DNA of 64,000 bases. Source: Candidatus Geohabitans tengchongensis. GTDB taxonomy: Bacteria > Sysuimicrobiota > Sysuimicrobiia > Sysuimicrobiales > Humicultoraceae. A program made the position numbers and the translations under genes. Shown one piece after another: positions 50,611 through 60,008 of the stretch (position 1 is the first letter of the stretch; every line of letters begins with the position of its first letter). Below the pieces are notes generated by a model. It saw nothing but the letters and a program-made list of their open reading frames with translations, did not search any database and had not been told where the DNA came from. The stretch is taken from positions 1 through 64,000 of the forward strand of contig JAVKIH010000010.1 in assembly GCA_031459625.1 (NCBI GenBank), written 5' to 3'.

Positions 50611-51935
50611 TGCCGACGCGTCCGGACCCCGAGGAGGTCCTGCGCCGCATCGACCGCGAGGAGCTCGTCGCCCTGGCCCTCGACCTGGCCAACATCGACA
50701 GTCCCACCGGCCAGGAAGGGCCGGTGGGCGAGTACCTCGTGGAGACGCTGAGCCGCTGGGGCTTCGCGCCGCGGCGCCTGGGGCTGCTGCCCGACCGCTT
50801 CAACGTCGTGGCCCGCCTCCCCGGGACCGGCGGCGGCCGCAGCCTGATCCTGAACAGCCACATGGACACGACCATCGCCCGCGAGGAAGTCTGGACGACG
50901 CCCCGCGCCGCCGATCCGATCTTCCACACCGGCCGGCGCGAGGGGGAGTACCTGGTGGGCAACGGCATCGTGAACAACAAGGGGCCGATGGCCTGCTGGC
51001 TCATCGCCGCCAAGGCGTTGCTGCACAGCGGGGTGCGCCTGCCCGGCGACCTGGTCTTGACGATGGTGGCGGGGGAGATCGGCCAGGAGCCGGTGGACGA
51101 GTTCGAGGCGCCGCGCTACCTGGCCAAGGAGACCGGCGCCCGCTTCGTCGTCGAGCACGGCACGGTGGCCGACTACGCGCTGGTGGCCGAGGGGACCGAC
51201 TTCGCCCTGGGGTGGGTGGAGGCGGGCAAGGCCTTCTTCAAGGTGACGGTCCTGGGCGGGGACTTCCCCCTCTACACGCCCTACATCCCGCGCCCCACCC
51301 CGCTGGAGGAGAGCCCCAGCGCCATCGTCCGCGCCGCCCGGGTGATCGAGGCCCTGGAGGCGTGGGCGGAGCGGTACGAGCAGGTGCACCGCTACGAGTG
51401 CCCGGGCGGCACCGTCATCCCCAAGGTGAACATCGGGGCGATCCGCGGCGGGGTTCCCTGGAAGATCACCAAGACGGTGGGGGTGTGCGCCCTGTACGTC
51501 GACGTGCGCATCACCCCGGTGCAGCACCCCCTGGACGTCCAGGCGGAATTGCAGGCCGTGCTGGCGGCCACGGGGATCCCCGCCACAGTGGAGCTGTATG
51601 TCTACCGCCCGGGGTACGAGGGGCGGGGGGTGGAGCCGCTGGTCGAGGCTATCAGCCGGGCGCACGCGCGCGTGCGCGGCGGGTCCCCCAGCCGGGCGGC
51701 CGCGCCCTACACGAGCATGTGGCGCGACATCAACGTCTTCAACGCGCTGGGCATCCCGGCGGTGATCTACGGGCCGGGCCCCAGCGTGGGCGGCGGCCAG
51801 CTGGCCATGGCCATCGACGACATGGTGGACGCCGCCCGCGCCTACGCGCTCGTCGCGCTCGACATCTGCAGCCAGGTGCGCCCGCCGGCGGCGCGCTCCG
51901 CGGCGGGCGTACCGGCGGGCGCGCCCGGGGGGTGA
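50610..51935 (+). CDS. M20/M25/M40-family metallohydrolase (ArgE/DapE-like) with atypical metal ligands
   Basis: SPTGQE, NVVARLPG, LNSHMDT, EGT and YGPG motifs. Confidence 0.85.
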   Translation: MPTRPDPEEVLRRIDREELVALALDLANIDSPTGQEGPVGEYLVETLSRWGFAPRRLGLLPDRFNVVARLPGTGGGRSLILNSHMDTTIAREEVWTTPRAADPIFHTGRREGEYLVGNGIVNNKGPMACWLIAAKALLHSGVRLPGDLVLTMVAGEIGQEPVDEFEAPRYLAKETGARFVVEHGTVADYALVAEGTDFALGWVEAGKAFFKVTVLGGDFPLYTPYIPRPTPLEESPSAIVRAARVIEALEAWAERYEQVHRYECPGGTVIPKVNIGAIRGGVPWKITKTVGVCALYVDVRITPVQHPLDVQAELQAVLAATGIPATVELYVYRPGYEGRGVEPLVEAISRAHARVRGGSPSRAAAPYTSMWRDINVFNALGIPAVIYGPGPSVGGGQLAMAIDDMVDAARAYALVALDICSQVRPPAARSAAGVPAGAPGG

Positions 51936-51947
51936 GGGAGGGGCGCG

Positions 51948-53204
51948 ATGACACTGACGATTCGGCAAGCGCGCCTGCGCGGCCGCGAGGGGCTGTGGGA
52001 CCTCCTCCTGGAGGACGGGCGCATCGCCGCGGTGGAGCCCGCCCTGCCGCCGCGCGGCGAGACCATCGATGCGGCGGGCGGGCTCGTGACGCCCACCTTC
52101 GTGAACCCGCACGTCCACCTGGACAAGACGATGCTCGGGGACGTGATGCGCCCCAACGTCTCCCAGACGCTGCAGGAGGCCATCCGCATCACCTGGGACC
52201 ACAAGCGCGCCTACACCCCCGAGGAGATCGTCGCCCGGGCCGGCCCGGTGCTGGAGGCGGGGGTGACCTACGGCACCACCGTCTTCCGGGCCTTCGCCGA
52301 CGTGGACAGCATAGGCGGCCTCGTCCCCGTCCAGGGGCTGCTGGCGCTGCGCGACCGCTACGCGGCGGTGGCCCGCGTCCAGGTGGTGGCCTTCCCCCAG
52401 GAGGGGATCGTGCGCGACCCCGGCACCGCGGGGCTGCTGCGGCAGGCCATGGCGCTGGGGGCGGACGTGGTCGGCGGGCTGCCCTGGTACGAGCGGACCG
52501 ACGCGCACATGCGCGAGCACATCGACATCGTCTTCGACATCGCCCGGGAGTACGACGCCGACATCCACATGCTGGTGGACGACACCGACGACCCCAACAG
52601 CCGCTCGCTGGAGTACCTGGCGGTGAAGACGCTGGAGACCGGCTACCGGGGGCGGGTGACGGCCAGCCACTGCGGAGCGCTGGCGGCCTACAACGACGTC
52701 TACGCCGCCAAGGTCATCGCCATGGTGGCCGAGGCGGAGATCACCATCTGCAGCAACCCGCACATCAGCCTGGTCCTGGCCGGCCGCCACGACCGCGAGC
52801 CGGTGCGCCGCGGCATCACCCGCGTCCGGGAGCTCCTGCGCGCCGGGGTGAACGTGGTCTCCGGGCAGGACGACGTGAACGACCCCTACTACCCCTTCGG
52901 GCGCAACAGCCAGGCGGAGGTGGCGCTCTTCATGGCGCACACCGCACACCTCACCTACCCGACGGAGCTGGAGGCCGTCTTCGACATGGTGACGACCAAT
53001 GCGGCGCGGGCCCTGCGCCTCGCCGGCTATGGGGTGGCGCCGGGGGATGCCGCCGACCTGAACGTCTGGCGCGCCCCCACCGTGCGCGAGGTGCTGCGCC
53101 GGCAGGAACCGCCGGCCTGGGTCCTGCGGGGGGGCCGGGTGGTGGCGGCCTGGAGCTGGAGCTGTGAGCGGCGCTGGGCGATGGGAGGAGGGGAGCGACG
53201 GTGA
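51948..53204 (+). CDS. Cytosine-deaminase-like amidohydrolase
   Basis: PHVHLDK, QVVAFPQEG, GG.P..E, SHC and GQDDV.DPYYPFG motifs. Confidence 0.9.
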   Translation: MTLTIRQARLRGREGLWDLLLEDGRIAAVEPALPPRGETIDAAGGLVTPTFVNPHVHLDKTMLGDVMRPNVSQTLQEAIRITWDHKRAYTPEEIVARAGPVLEAGVTYGTTVFRAFADVDSIGGLVPVQGLLALRDRYAAVARVQVVAFPQEGIVRDPGTAGLLRQAMALGADVVGGLPWYERTDAHMREHIDIVFDIAREYDADIHMLVDDTDDPNSRSLEYLAVKTLETGYRGRVTASHCGALAAYNDVYAAKVIAMVAEAEITICSNPHISLVLAGRHDREPVRRGITRVRELLRAGVNVVSGQDDVNDPYYPFGRNSQAEVALFMAHTAHLTYPTELEAVFDMVTTNAARALRLAGYGVAPGDAADLNVWRAPTVREVLRRQEPPAWVLRGGRVVAAWSWSCERRWAMGGGERR

Positions 53205-54205
53205 CGCGACGGCGGTGCATCACGCTGGCACTCGGGGTGGCGCTGGCGCTGGGCGCCGCGCCGGTGGCGGGACTGGTGCCGGGCGCCGCGCCGGCGGCGG
53301 GGGCGCCGGCGGAGGTGGTCCGCCTGCGCATCGCCCGCCTGGCCTTCCCCTCGCTCGTCTCGGTGATGGTGGACGTCGTCAAGGCGGCGGGGCTGGACCG
53401 GCGCAACGGGCTCGAGCTGGAACCGGTCTCCTTCAGCGCCGTCTCGGGCTTCTACGCCGCCCAGGCCACGGGCGAGGTGGAGGCCGGGGTGGGCGGGCCG
53501 CACGTCTACCAGCGGCTGCGCCTGGAGGGGGCGCCGATCCGCATCGTCGCCTCCTATGTGGGGCTCTCGGCGATGGTGGTCATCTCCCGCAACCCCCAGG
53601 TGCGCACCATCACCGACCTGCGCGGCCGCACCCTGGCCGCCGACATGGGCTCCTCCGAGTTCGCCATCCTCTCCATCTACGCCCGGGCGAAGGGGCTGGA
53701 CCTGCGCCGCGAGGTGACCATCGTCCAGGCCGGGCCGCCGCTGGCCCGGGCGCAGCTGGCCGCCGGGCGGGTGGACGCGGCCATGACCTGGGAGCCGACG
53801 GCCACGCTCACCATGCGCGACAGCACCGACTACCGCATCATCTTCAACGGCCGCACCGGGTGGCGCGAGATCACGGGGAAGGACGGGTGGGAGCTGGTGG
53901 TGGAGATGCGCGAGGACGCGCTGCGCCGCACCCCCGAGGCGCTCCCCCGGCTGCTCAAGACCTTCCAGGACGGCCAGGCCTACCTGCGCACGAACCTGGA
54001 CGACGCCGACCGGGCGGTGGCGGCCTCCCTGGGCCTGCCGCCGGGCGTGCTCAAGGAGGCGGTGCTCTTCCGGCGCATCGTCTACGACGTCCGTCCCGCC
54101 TGGCACCCGCAGGTGAGCGCCGCCCTGTGGGAGATGTTCCGGGCGGGCGTGGAGGTGGGCTTCCTCCCCCGCCTGCCCGACCCGGGGATCATCCACCGGC
54201 CGTAG
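53201..54205 (+). CDS. ABC substrate-binding protein (NMT1/SsuA-like), paralog 1
   Basis: Signal peptide; DLRGRTLA and VDAAMTWEP motifs. Confidence 0.87.
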   Translation: MTRRRCITLALGVALALGAAPVAGLVPGAAPAAGAPAEVVRLRIARLAFPSLVSVMVDVVKAAGLDRRNGLELEPVSFSAVSGFYAAQATGEVEAGVGGPHVYQRLRLEGAPIRIVASYVGLSAMVVISRNPQVRTITDLRGRTLAADMGSSEFAILSIYARAKGLDLRREVTIVQAGPPLARAQLAAGRVDAAMTWEPTATLTMRDSTDYRIIFNGRTGWREITGKDGWELVVEMREDALRRTPEALPRLLKTFQDGQAYLRTNLDDADRAVAASLGLPPGVLKEAVLFRRIVYDVRPAWHPQVSAALWEMFRAGVEVGFLPRLPDPGIIHRP

Positions 54206-54216
54206 CGGAGGGGCGC

Positions 54217-55014
54217 ATGGCCCGGCAGGTGACGGCGACCGAAGCGGTGGAGGTTCCCGAAGCGGTGGGGCTGGAGGCGGCCCCGCGCCTGCTGCGCTTT
54301 CCGCGGGAGACGCTGGTGGCCCTCCTCCTCTTCGCCCTGGCCTGGCAGGTGGCCTCGATGGTCCTGCCCCCCTACGTCGCCCCCTCCTGGGGACGCATCG
54401 GGCGGGCCCTGCTGGGGTTGCGCTACGACTTCGTCCTGGTCACCGCCGGCCGGGTGCTGCTGGCCCTCGTCCTCTCCTTCGCCGGCGGCGTGCTCGTGGC
54501 CGTGGTGATGTACCGGTGGCAGGCCCTGGACCGCTACCTGCTGCCGCTGGTGCGCCTGGTCATGGCCGTGCCGGTGGTGTGCTGGATCCTCTTCTCGGTG
54601 CTGTGGTTCCGCGGGGTGGAGCTGCGCATCGCCTTCGTGCTGGTCGTCGTCTGCGGCCCCATCTTCCTCATCGACGCCCTGGACGCCATGCACGGGGTGG
54701 CGCGGGAGCTGCGGGACATGCTGCGCGCCTTCCGGCCCACCACCCTGCAGTACTTCACCAAGCTCATCCTGCCGGCGACGGTCCCGGCCATCCTCACCTC
54801 CTGGAAGATCAACCTCAGCCTGGCCATCCGGGTGGTGACGATGGCCGAGCTGGTGGGCGCCACCACCGGCATCGGGTACGGGCTGGTCATCGCCCAGGAG
54901 CTCTTCTCCGTGGCCGACGTCTTCGCCTGGACCGTGGTCCTGGTGCTCATGCTCATGGCCACCCAGGTGGTGGTGGGCGCCGTGGAGCGGCGGGCGCTGG
55001 TGTGGCGCGACTGA
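54217..55014 (+). CDS. ABC permease (NitT/TauT type)
   Basis: TM segments; AELVGATTGIG motif. Confidence 0.88.
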   Translation: MARQVTATEAVEVPEAVGLEAAPRLLRFPRETLVALLLFALAWQVASMVLPPYVAPSWGRIGRALLGLRYDFVLVTAGRVLLALVLSFAGGVLVAVVMYRWQALDRYLLPLVRLVMAVPVVCWILFSVLWFRGVELRIAFVLVVVCGPIFLIDALDAMHGVARELRDMLRAFRPTTLQYFTKLILPATVPAILTSWKINLSLAIRVVTMAELVGATTGIGYGLVIAQELFSVADVFAWTVVLVLMLMATQVVVGAVERRALVWRD

Positions 55015-55022
55015 GGCGGGCC

Positions 55023-55808
55023 ATGGAGATCGCGGTGCGCCAGCTCGGCAAGGTCTACCGGCAGAAGGGCACGGGGGAGCGCGTCGTGGCCATCGAGGAC
55101 CTCACCTTCACCGTGCGGGGCGGCGAGCTCGTCGCCATCGTCGGACAGACCGGCTGCGGCAAGTCCACCTTCCTGCACATCCTCATCGGCCTGGAGGCCC
55201 CCACGCGCGGTGCGCTCGTCATCGACGGCCGGGAGCCCTACCGCGACTTTGCCGCCTTCCGCGGCCGCATCGCCGCCGTTTTCCAGCAGGACCGCCTCCT
55301 GCCCTGGCGCACCGTGCTGGCCAACGTCGAGCTGGGGCTGGAGATCCTGGGGGTGCCGCCGCGCCAGCGCCGGGCCACCGCCGAGCGCTGGCTGGAGCAG
55401 CTCGGCCTGGGCCGCTTCCTGCGCGCCTTCCCCAACGAGCTCTCCGGCGGGATGCGCCAGCGGGTGGCGCTGGCCCGGGCCTTTGCCCTCGACCCGGAGA
55501 TCCTGGTGGCCGACGAGGCCTTCGGCCACCTGGACGAGGTCACCGCCGCGCAGATCCGGCAGGACTTCCTGGCGCTCGCCCGCGCCGGACGCAAGACCGT
55601 CTTTCTGGTGACGCACCAGATCGAGGAGGCGCTCACCGTGGGGGAGCGCGTGCTGGTCTTCGGCCGGCCGGCCCGCCTGCTAGCGGACATCCGGCCGGAA
55701 CACGACACCAACGGCGCCCGCGCCCGCGCCCGCGAGGCGATCCAGGCGCTGCTGAGCGCCGGGCGCCCGCCGGCCCCCTGGGAACCCGCCGGGGAGGGGT
55801 CGCGATGA
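55023..55808 (+). CDS. ABC ATP-binding protein
   Basis: GQTGCGKST, LSGGMRQR and ADEAFGHLD motifs. Confidence 0.92.
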   Translation: MEIAVRQLGKVYRQKGTGERVVAIEDLTFTVRGGELVAIVGQTGCGKSTFLHILIGLEAPTRGALVIDGREPYRDFAAFRGRIAAVFQQDRLLPWRTVLANVELGLEILGVPPRQRRATAERWLEQLGLGRFLRAFPNELSGGMRQRVALARAFALDPEILVADEAFGHLDEVTAAQIRQDFLALARAGRKTVFLVTHQIEEALTVGERVLVFGRPARLLADIRPEHDTNGARARAREAIQALLSAGRPPAPWEPAGEGSR

Positions 55809-56851
55809 GCGCCGCGCCCGCTGCCACCCCGGCCCGCGCGCCCCGGGAGGCCGCTCGCCCCGCGCGCACCGCGCACCGCCCCGCCCGGAGCCGCTCCGGA
55901 CTGGCGGCCCTGCTGGTGGCCGCCGCGCTGCTGCTCGTGCCGGCGCTCCCCGCCGGCGCGCAACGGACGCGCCTGCGCATGGCGGTGCTCTCCTTCCCCG
56001 CCATCAGCACCTTCGTGGCCCAGATCATCCGCGAGGCCGGGCTGGATCGGCCGCACGGCCTGGAGGTGGAGGCGGTCCCCTTCGCCACCATCTCCGCTTA
56101 CTACGCCGCCATCGCCACGGGTGAGGTGGACACGCTCGCGGGCGGGCCCAACGTGCTCCAGCGGATGCGCCTGGAGCGGGTGCCGGTGCAGGCCGTGGCC
56201 ACGCTGGTGCGGCCGAGTGACCTCGTCCTCATCACCCGCCACCCGGAGGTGCGCTCGGTGCTGGACCTGCGGGGCAAGACCCTCGCCGCCGACATGGGGT
56301 CCCAGCAGTTCCAGCTCCTGGCCATCTACACGCGCTGGAAGGGGATGGACCTGCGCCGCGAGGTCACCATCGTCCAGGCGCCCTTCCCGCTGGCCCGGGC
56401 GCAGCTGGCGGCGGGGCGGGTGGACGCGGCCATGCTCATCGAGCCGGTGGCCACCCTGGCCATGCGCGACAGTCCGGCCTACCGGATCATCTTCAACGGG
56501 CGCCGGGCCTGGCGGGAGATGACCGGCACCGACGGGTGGGAGCTGATCGTGTGGATGCGCGAGGACGTCATCCGCCGCTCGCCGGCGCTGGTGCCGGCGG
56601 CGCTGCGCATGTTCACCGACTTCCAGCGCTACGTGCGCACGAACCTGGACGAGGCCGACCGCATCGTCGCCCGCACGACGGGGCTGCCCCCCGGCGCCTT
56701 CAAGGAGTCGGTGCTCTACCGGCGGCTGCACTTCGAGGTCTCCCCGGCCTGGGGGCGCGAGCGGGCGGCTCTGGAGCAGATGTTCCGCCTGGCCGTGGAG
56801 GCCGGGGTCATCGAGCGCCTCCCCGACGCGGGGTGGCTCTACCAGCCATGA
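55805..56851 (+). CDS. ABC substrate-binding protein (NMT1/SsuA-like), paralog 2
   Basis: Long stretches nearly identical to 53201-54205 (DLRREVTIVQA, PLARAQLAAGRVDAAM, YRIIFNGR). Confidence 0.87.
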   Translation: MSAAPAATPARAPREAARPARTAHRPARSRSGLAALLVAAALLLVPALPAGAQRTRLRMAVLSFPAISTFVAQIIREAGLDRPHGLEVEAVPFATISAYYAAIATGEVDTLAGGPNVLQRMRLERVPVQAVATLVRPSDLVLITRHPEVRSVLDLRGKTLAADMGSQQFQLLAIYTRWKGMDLRREVTIVQAPFPLARAQLAAGRVDAAMLIEPVATLAMRDSPAYRIIFNGRRAWREMTGTDGWELIVWMREDVIRRSPALVPAALRMFTDFQRYVRTNLDEADRIVARTTGLPPGAFKESVLYRRLHFEVSPAWGRERAALEQMFRLAVEAGVIERLPDAGWLYQP

Positions 56852-56864
56852 GGGGCACCTGCCC

Positions 56865-57449
56865 ATGAGCGCTGCCACGCCCGCCCCCCGTTCCCCCGTG
56901 CCCGCGCGCACGACCCGTCGCCGCCGGCCGCAGCCGGTGGCGGAGCAGCGCATCACCCTCACCGTGAACGGGGTGGCGCGCACGCTGACGGTGCCGGTCC
57001 GCCGCACCCTGGCCGACGCCCTGCGCGACGACCTGGGGCTCACCGGCACCCACCTGGGGTGCGAGCACGGGGTGTGCGGCGCCTGCACCGTCCTGCTGGA
57101 CGGGCGGGCGGTGCGCTCCTGCCTGCTGCTGGCGGTGCAGGCGGACGGCCGGGAGGTGCTCACGGTGGAGGGGCTGGCCCAGGGCGACCGCCTCCACCCC
57201 ATCCAGGAGGCCTTCTGGGAGACGCACGCCCTGCAGTGCGGGTTCTGCACCCCCGGGTTCCTGATGACGGTCTACGCCTTCCTGCGGGAGACGCCCCACC
57301 CCACCGACGAGGAGATCCGGGAGGCGCTGGCGGGCAACCTCTGCCGCTGCACGGGCTACGTGAACATCCTCAAAGCCGTGCGCCTGGCTGCCGAGCGGCT
57401 GGCCGCGGGCGAGGCGGCCACCGTGGCAAGAGAGGAGGGAGGACCATGA
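56865..57449 (+). CDS. 2Fe-2S subunit of a molybdenum hydroxylase (CoxS-like)
   Basis: GCEHGVCGACTV, QCGFCTPG and NLCRCTGY motifs. Confidence 0.93.
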   Translation: MSAATPAPRSPVPARTTRRRRPQPVAEQRITLTVNGVARTLTVPVRRTLADALRDDLGLTGTHLGCEHGVCGACTVLLDGRAVRSCLLLAVQADGREVLTVEGLAQGDRLHPIQEAFWETHALQCGFCTPGFLMTVYAFLRETPHPTDEEIREALAGNLCRCTGYVNILKAVRLAAERLAAGEAATVAREEGGP

Positions 57450-58444
57450 GGCTCGGGCGCAGTGCGGCGGCGGCGCTGGGGGCGATCACGCTCCTGGCCG
57501 CGCTGGTCGGCGCTGCCGGGGAGAGCGTGGCGGCGCCGACGCGGCTCACGGTGCTCTCCACGGTCACGCGCGTGGTCAACCTGCCCATGCTGGTGGGGTT
57601 CAAGCTGCTGCGGCAGGACGGGGTGGCCTTTGAGGTCAAGGACCTGCGGACGCCGGAGGCGGTCGTCCTGGCCACCGCCGAGCGGCAGGGTCAGTTCGGG
57701 ACGGGGTTTGCCGCGTTCTACCCCGCGGTGGAGAAGGGCGCGCCGGTGCGGGCGCTCTTCGAGCTGTCGAAACCCGAGTTCGTCGTCGTGGCCAAACGGG
57801 AGATCACCGCGGTGGCGGGCCTCTCCGGCGTGCGGCTGGCCTCCCACTCCCCCGGGTCGACGGTGCAGGCGCTCCTGGAGTTCTTCCTCCTGGACCACCC
57901 GGGGGTCTCCCCCAACATCGTCTTCATGCCCGAGGGCTCCCCGGCCCGCGCCGAAGCCATCCTGCGCGGGGCCGTCGACGCCGCGGCCATCGACCTGACG
58001 GCGGCGCAGGTGGTGCTCGACCGCGCCCCCGGCCGTTTCCACGTCCTGGTCGACCTGACGCGCATCCCAGTGAGCAGCAGCTTCCTCATCGCCCGCCAGG
58101 ACTTCATCGAGGGGAACCGGCCGCTGGTGCGGCGGGTGCTCCGCCGGCTCCTGGAGTCGTACCGCCGCGGCGTGGCCAGCCCCGCCTTCTGGGCGGCGGA
58201 AGGCGCCGAGTTCTTCCCGGCGGTGCCGCGCGACCAGCTGGAGCGGCAGCTGGCCGCCCTGGCCCGTGTCTTCGACCCCAACGGCGGCATCGACCGGATG
58301 ACCGGGCAGGGGGCCATCAGCAACATCCAGTTCCAGGTGGCCACCAAGAACCTGAGCGGCCCGGCCTTGAAGTGGAAGCGCGCCCAGTTCTTCGACACGG
58401 AGATCCTCGAAGAGCTCCTCGCGGAGCTGGGGCGGGTCCGGTAG
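57446..58444 (+). CDS. ABC substrate-binding protein (NMT1/SsuA-like)
   Basis: Signal peptide; precedes permease/ATPase/permease genes; VDAAAID motif. Confidence 0.82.
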   Translation: MRLGRSAAAALGAITLLAALVGAAGESVAAPTRLTVLSTVTRVVNLPMLVGFKLLRQDGVAFEVKDLRTPEAVVLATAERQGQFGTGFAAFYPAVEKGAPVRALFELSKPEFVVVAKREITAVAGLSGVRLASHSPGSTVQALLEFFLLDHPGVSPNIVFMPEGSPARAEAILRGAVDAAAIDLTAAQVVLDRAPGRFHVLVDLTRIPVSSSFLIARQDFIEGNRPLVRRVLRRLLESYRRGVASPAFWAAEGAEFFPAVPRDQLERQLAALARVFDPNGGIDRMTGQGAISNIQFQVATKNLSGPALKWKRAQFFDTEILEELLAELGRVR

Positions 58445-58479
58445 GCCCGCCGGGCCCGCGCGCGAAGGGCGGAGGCGGG

Positions 58480-59232
58480 ATGACGGGACACGTGGCGGCC
58501 CACCTCCTGCGCATCCTCTCCCTGGTGACGTTCCTGGGGGTGTGGGAGTGGGCGGGGCGGGTGCGGGTTACCTTCGCCTTCCCCACCGTCGGGGCCACCC
58601 TGCGGGCGGGGGCGGAGCTCCTGCGGTCCGGCGAGCTGCCCGCCGCCCTGCTGGTGAGCGCCCAGGCCCTCGCCATGGGACTCGGCACGGCGGTGGCCGT
58701 GGCGATCCCGCTCGGGCTGGTCATGGGCATGGTCCGCCCGGTGGCGCGGGTGGCGGGGCTGTACCTGGAGCTGCTCATCGCGCTCCCCTCGGCGGCCCTC
58801 ATCCCCCTGGTCATCCTGACGCTGGGGATCAGCGTGCGCTCCTCGGCGGCGGTCGTCTTCGTCTTCAGCATGCCCTTCATCGCCATGAACGCCTACGGCG
58901 GCGTGCGCGAGGTGCCGCCCCGGCTCGTGGAGATGGCCCGCGCCTTCCAGGCCACCCCGGCCCAGCTCTTCGTCAAGGTGATCCTGCCGGGCAGCCTGCC
59001 GTTGCTCCTGGCCGGACTGCGCTACGGGCTGTCGCGGGCCTTCGTCGGGCTGGTGATCGCCGAGCTGCTGCTCTCGCCCTTCGGCGTGGGGAAGGTGATG
59101 ACCACCGCCGCGGCGGTCTTCGCCTACGACCGGCTCTTCGCCACCGTGGCCGTGATCATCCTCCTCGCGGTGGGGGCGCTCACCCTGCTCCAGCGGCTCG
59201 AGCGCGTCCTTCTGCGCTGGCGGACCGCATGA
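58480..59232 (+). CDS. ABC permease
   Basis: LVEMARAF EAA loop; AELL..GVG motif. Confidence 0.88.
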   Translation: MTGHVAAHLLRILSLVTFLGVWEWAGRVRVTFAFPTVGATLRAGAELLRSGELPAALLVSAQALAMGLGTAVAVAIPLGLVMGMVRPVARVAGLYLELLIALPSAALIPLVILTLGISVRSSAAVVFVFSMPFIAMNAYGGVREVPPRLVEMARAFQATPAQLFVKVILPGSLPLLLAGLRYGLSRAFVGLVIAELLLSPFGVGKVMTTAAAVFAYDRLFATVAVIILLAVGALTLLQRLERVLLRWRTA

Positions 59233-60008
59233 GCGTGGACGCCCTGGTCGCCCGGCAGGCCCCCACCCTCATCGAGGTGGTCCGGGCCGCCAAGCGCTTC
59301 GGGGCCGTCGCCGCCCTGGCCGACGTCTCGCTGGTGGTCCGTGCCGGGGAGTTCGTCACGCTGATCGGCCCCAGCGGGTGCGGCAAGACGACCCTGCTGA
59401 AGATGCTGGCCGGGCTGATCGCCCCGGATGCGGGAGAGATCCGCATCGGCGGACGGACCGTCACCGGGCCGGGACGCGACCGCAGCCTGGTCTTCCAGGA
59501 CTTCGCCCTCCTCCCCTGGGCGACGGTCCTGCGCAACGTGGCCTTCGGCCTGGAGCTGCAGGGGGTGCCGCGGGCCGAACGGGAGGCCCGGGCCCGCGAG
59601 TACATCCGCAAGGTCAAGCTTACCGGGTTCGAGCACCACTACCCGCACCAGCTCTCCGGGGGGATGCAGCAGCGGGTGGGGCTGGCCCGCGCCCTGGTCA
59701 CCCGCCCGCAGATCCTGCTCATGGACGAGCCCTTTGCCGCTGTGGACGAGCAGACCCGGCGGCTCTTCCAGGACGACCTGTTGCGGCTGGTGGCGGAGGA
59801 GGGGACGACGGTGATCTTCGTCACCCACAGCATGGAGGAGGCCGTCTTCCTCTCCGATCGGGTCTACGTCCTGTCGGCCCGTCCCGGCCGGATCATCGAG
59901 ACGCTCCCCATCCCCCTCCCCCGGCCGAGGACGGACGCCGTGCGCCGGCACCCGGAGTTCACCGAGCTGGTGGAGCGCCTGTGGGCCGTCCTGAAGGAGC
60001 TCCAGTGA
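59229..60008 (+). CDS. ABC ATP-binding protein
   Basis: GPSGCGKTT, LSGGMQQR and LMDEPF motifs. Confidence 0.93.
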   Translation: MSVDALVARQAPTLIEVVRAAKRFGAVAALADVSLVVRAGEFVTLIGPSGCGKTTLLKMLAGLIAPDAGEIRIGGRTVTGPGRDRSLVFQDFALLPWATVLRNVAFGLELQGVPRAEREARAREYIRKVKLTGFEHHYPHQLSGGMQQRVGLARALVTRPQILLMDEPFAAVDEQTRRLFQDDLLRLVAEEGTTVIFVTHSMEEAVFLSDRVYVLSARPGRIIETLPIPLPRPRTDAVRRHPEFTELVERLWAVLKELQ

